DNA of 64,000 bases from an uncultured Bacteroidales bacterium (GTDB lineage Bacteria; Bacteroidota; Bacteroidia; Bacteroidales; VadinHA17). The notes under the pieces were generated by a model. It made no database searches. It saw only the letters and a program-made list of their open reading frames with translations, and had not been told where the DNA came from. Location: NCBI GenBank assembly GCA_963701745.1, contig CAVPBE010000004.1, positions 7,607 through 71,606 on the forward strand. Reading direction: 5' to 3'. This document shows, in pieces, positions 63,015 through 64,000 of this stretch (position 1 is the stretch's first letter; every line of letters begins with the position of its first letter). The position numbers were made by a program, and so were the translations under genes.

Positions 63015-64000
63015 ATGAAAACCAAATTAACTATTATCTTTTTTCTGATCTTATGCCTTTCAGGTCTTAATTGCGGCCGCGATCCAGCAAATGTATTCAG
63101 GGCTGATGTCATTGTATACGGAGGTACTTCAGCTGCAGTAACAACTGCAGTTCAGGTACAAAGGATGGGGCAGTCGGTGATAGTGGTATCGCCCGATAGC
63201 CACCTTGGGGGGATGTCTTCTTCGGGTCTGGGCTTTACTGACACCGGAAACAAAGAGGTTATCGGGGGTCTGGCAAGGGAGTTCTACCAGCTCATATATC
63301 AGCATTATCAGAAACCAGAAGCATGGAAATGGCAGAAACAATCGGAATACGGGAATACAGGTCAGGGTAACCCGGCAATTGACGGAGAAAAACGGACTAT
63401 GTGGATCTTTGAGCCCCATGTTGCAGAAGCAGCATTTGAAACACTTATAAAGCAAAATAATATAACGGTTCACAGGAATGAATGGCTCGACAGGGAAAAT
63501 GGGCTGATCAAAAAAGACGGGAAAATTGTGTCCTTCAGGACATTGAGCGGAAAGGTTTACAGAGGTGACATGTTTGTTGATGCAACCTACGAGGGTGATC
63601 TGATGGCGTCAGCAGGTGTGAGCTATACTGTGGGGAGGGAAGATAACGGGCTTTATAACGAAACCTGGAACGGCGTGCAGGCAGGAGTTTTTCATCATGG
63701 ACATTATTTTAAAGATAAGATCGATCCATTTAAGATCCAAGGAGATCCTTCAAGCGGCCTGCTTCCCCGGATCTCAACTGAAAAACCCGGAGAGAATGGT
63801 TCGGGCGATTCAAAGATCCAGGCTTACTGTTTCAGACTTTGTCTTACACAGCATCCTGAGAACAGGATCCCTATAACAAAACCTGAAGGTTACGATAGCA
63901 CCCAGTATGAAATTCTTGTGAGGCTTTCAGCAACAAGATGGAATGAATTTTTTGGAAAATATGACCCCATCCCCAATCTGAAAACTGATGTAAATAACCA
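63015..64000 (+). CDS. FAD-dependent oxidoreductase lipoprotein (runs off the 3' end; not in ORF track)
   Basis: MKTKLTII...GLNC, then ADVIVYGGTSAAV, HLGGMSSSGLG, FEPHVAE, FVDATYEGDLMA, IQAYCFRLCLT. Confidence 0.85.
   Translation, partial: MKTKLTIIFFLILCLSGLNCGRDPANVFRADVIVYGGTSAAVTTAVQVQRMGQSVIVVSPDSHLGGMSSSGLGFTDTGNKEVIGGLAREFYQLIYQHYQKPEAWKWQKQSEYGNTGQGNPAIDGEKRTMWIFEPHVAEAAFETLIKQNNITVHRNEWLDRENGLIKKDGKIVSFRTLSGKVYRGDMFVDATYEGDLMASAGVSYTVGREDNGLYNETWNGVQAGVFHHGHYFKDKIDPFKIQGDPSSGLLPRISTEKPGENGSGDSKIQAYCFRLCLTQHPENRIPITKPEGYDSTQYEILVRLSATRWNEFFGKYDPIPNLKTDVNN

Noticed and set aside
1-64000. tRNA, rRNA, prophage or integrase genes
   Set aside because: No such signatures seen by eye; tRNAscan-SE and Rfam scans were not run

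Overview
64-kb chromosomal segment from a Bacteroidota (probably Bacteroidales) bacterium, judged from TAnnTTTG promoter boxes, lipoproteins, a TonB receptor and GH78/GH95 enzymes. I saw no rRNA, tRNA or CRISPR array. The left ~17 kb is an AT-rich light/oxygen-stress region. It holds a CarH/LitR-type B12-binding MerR regulator, two fasciclin genes, a duplicated SDR gene, a decayed photolyase-related gene, a phytol-kinase/DUF92 fusion beside a MenA-like prenyltransferase and cydAB, and a CxxC/RAPP (CruR/DUF2946-like) leader before a TonB-dependent receptor. Many genes there are broken by 1-bp indels, most likely sequence errors. The rest carries housekeeping and transport genes, scattered CAZymes, a five-gene cluster of uncharacterised hydrolases, crtI-crtB, a TspO-like gene and a CPD photolyase. 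It also has an IS200-like TnpA embedded in REP-like palindrome arrays and a two-gene operon encoding a pentaheme cytochrome c plus a Cyc2-like cytochrome-porin fusion. Intergenic spaces hold at least four families of short palindromic repeats, some nested in one another and some supplying gene stop codons. All calls come from motif recognition by eye; no database searches were run.
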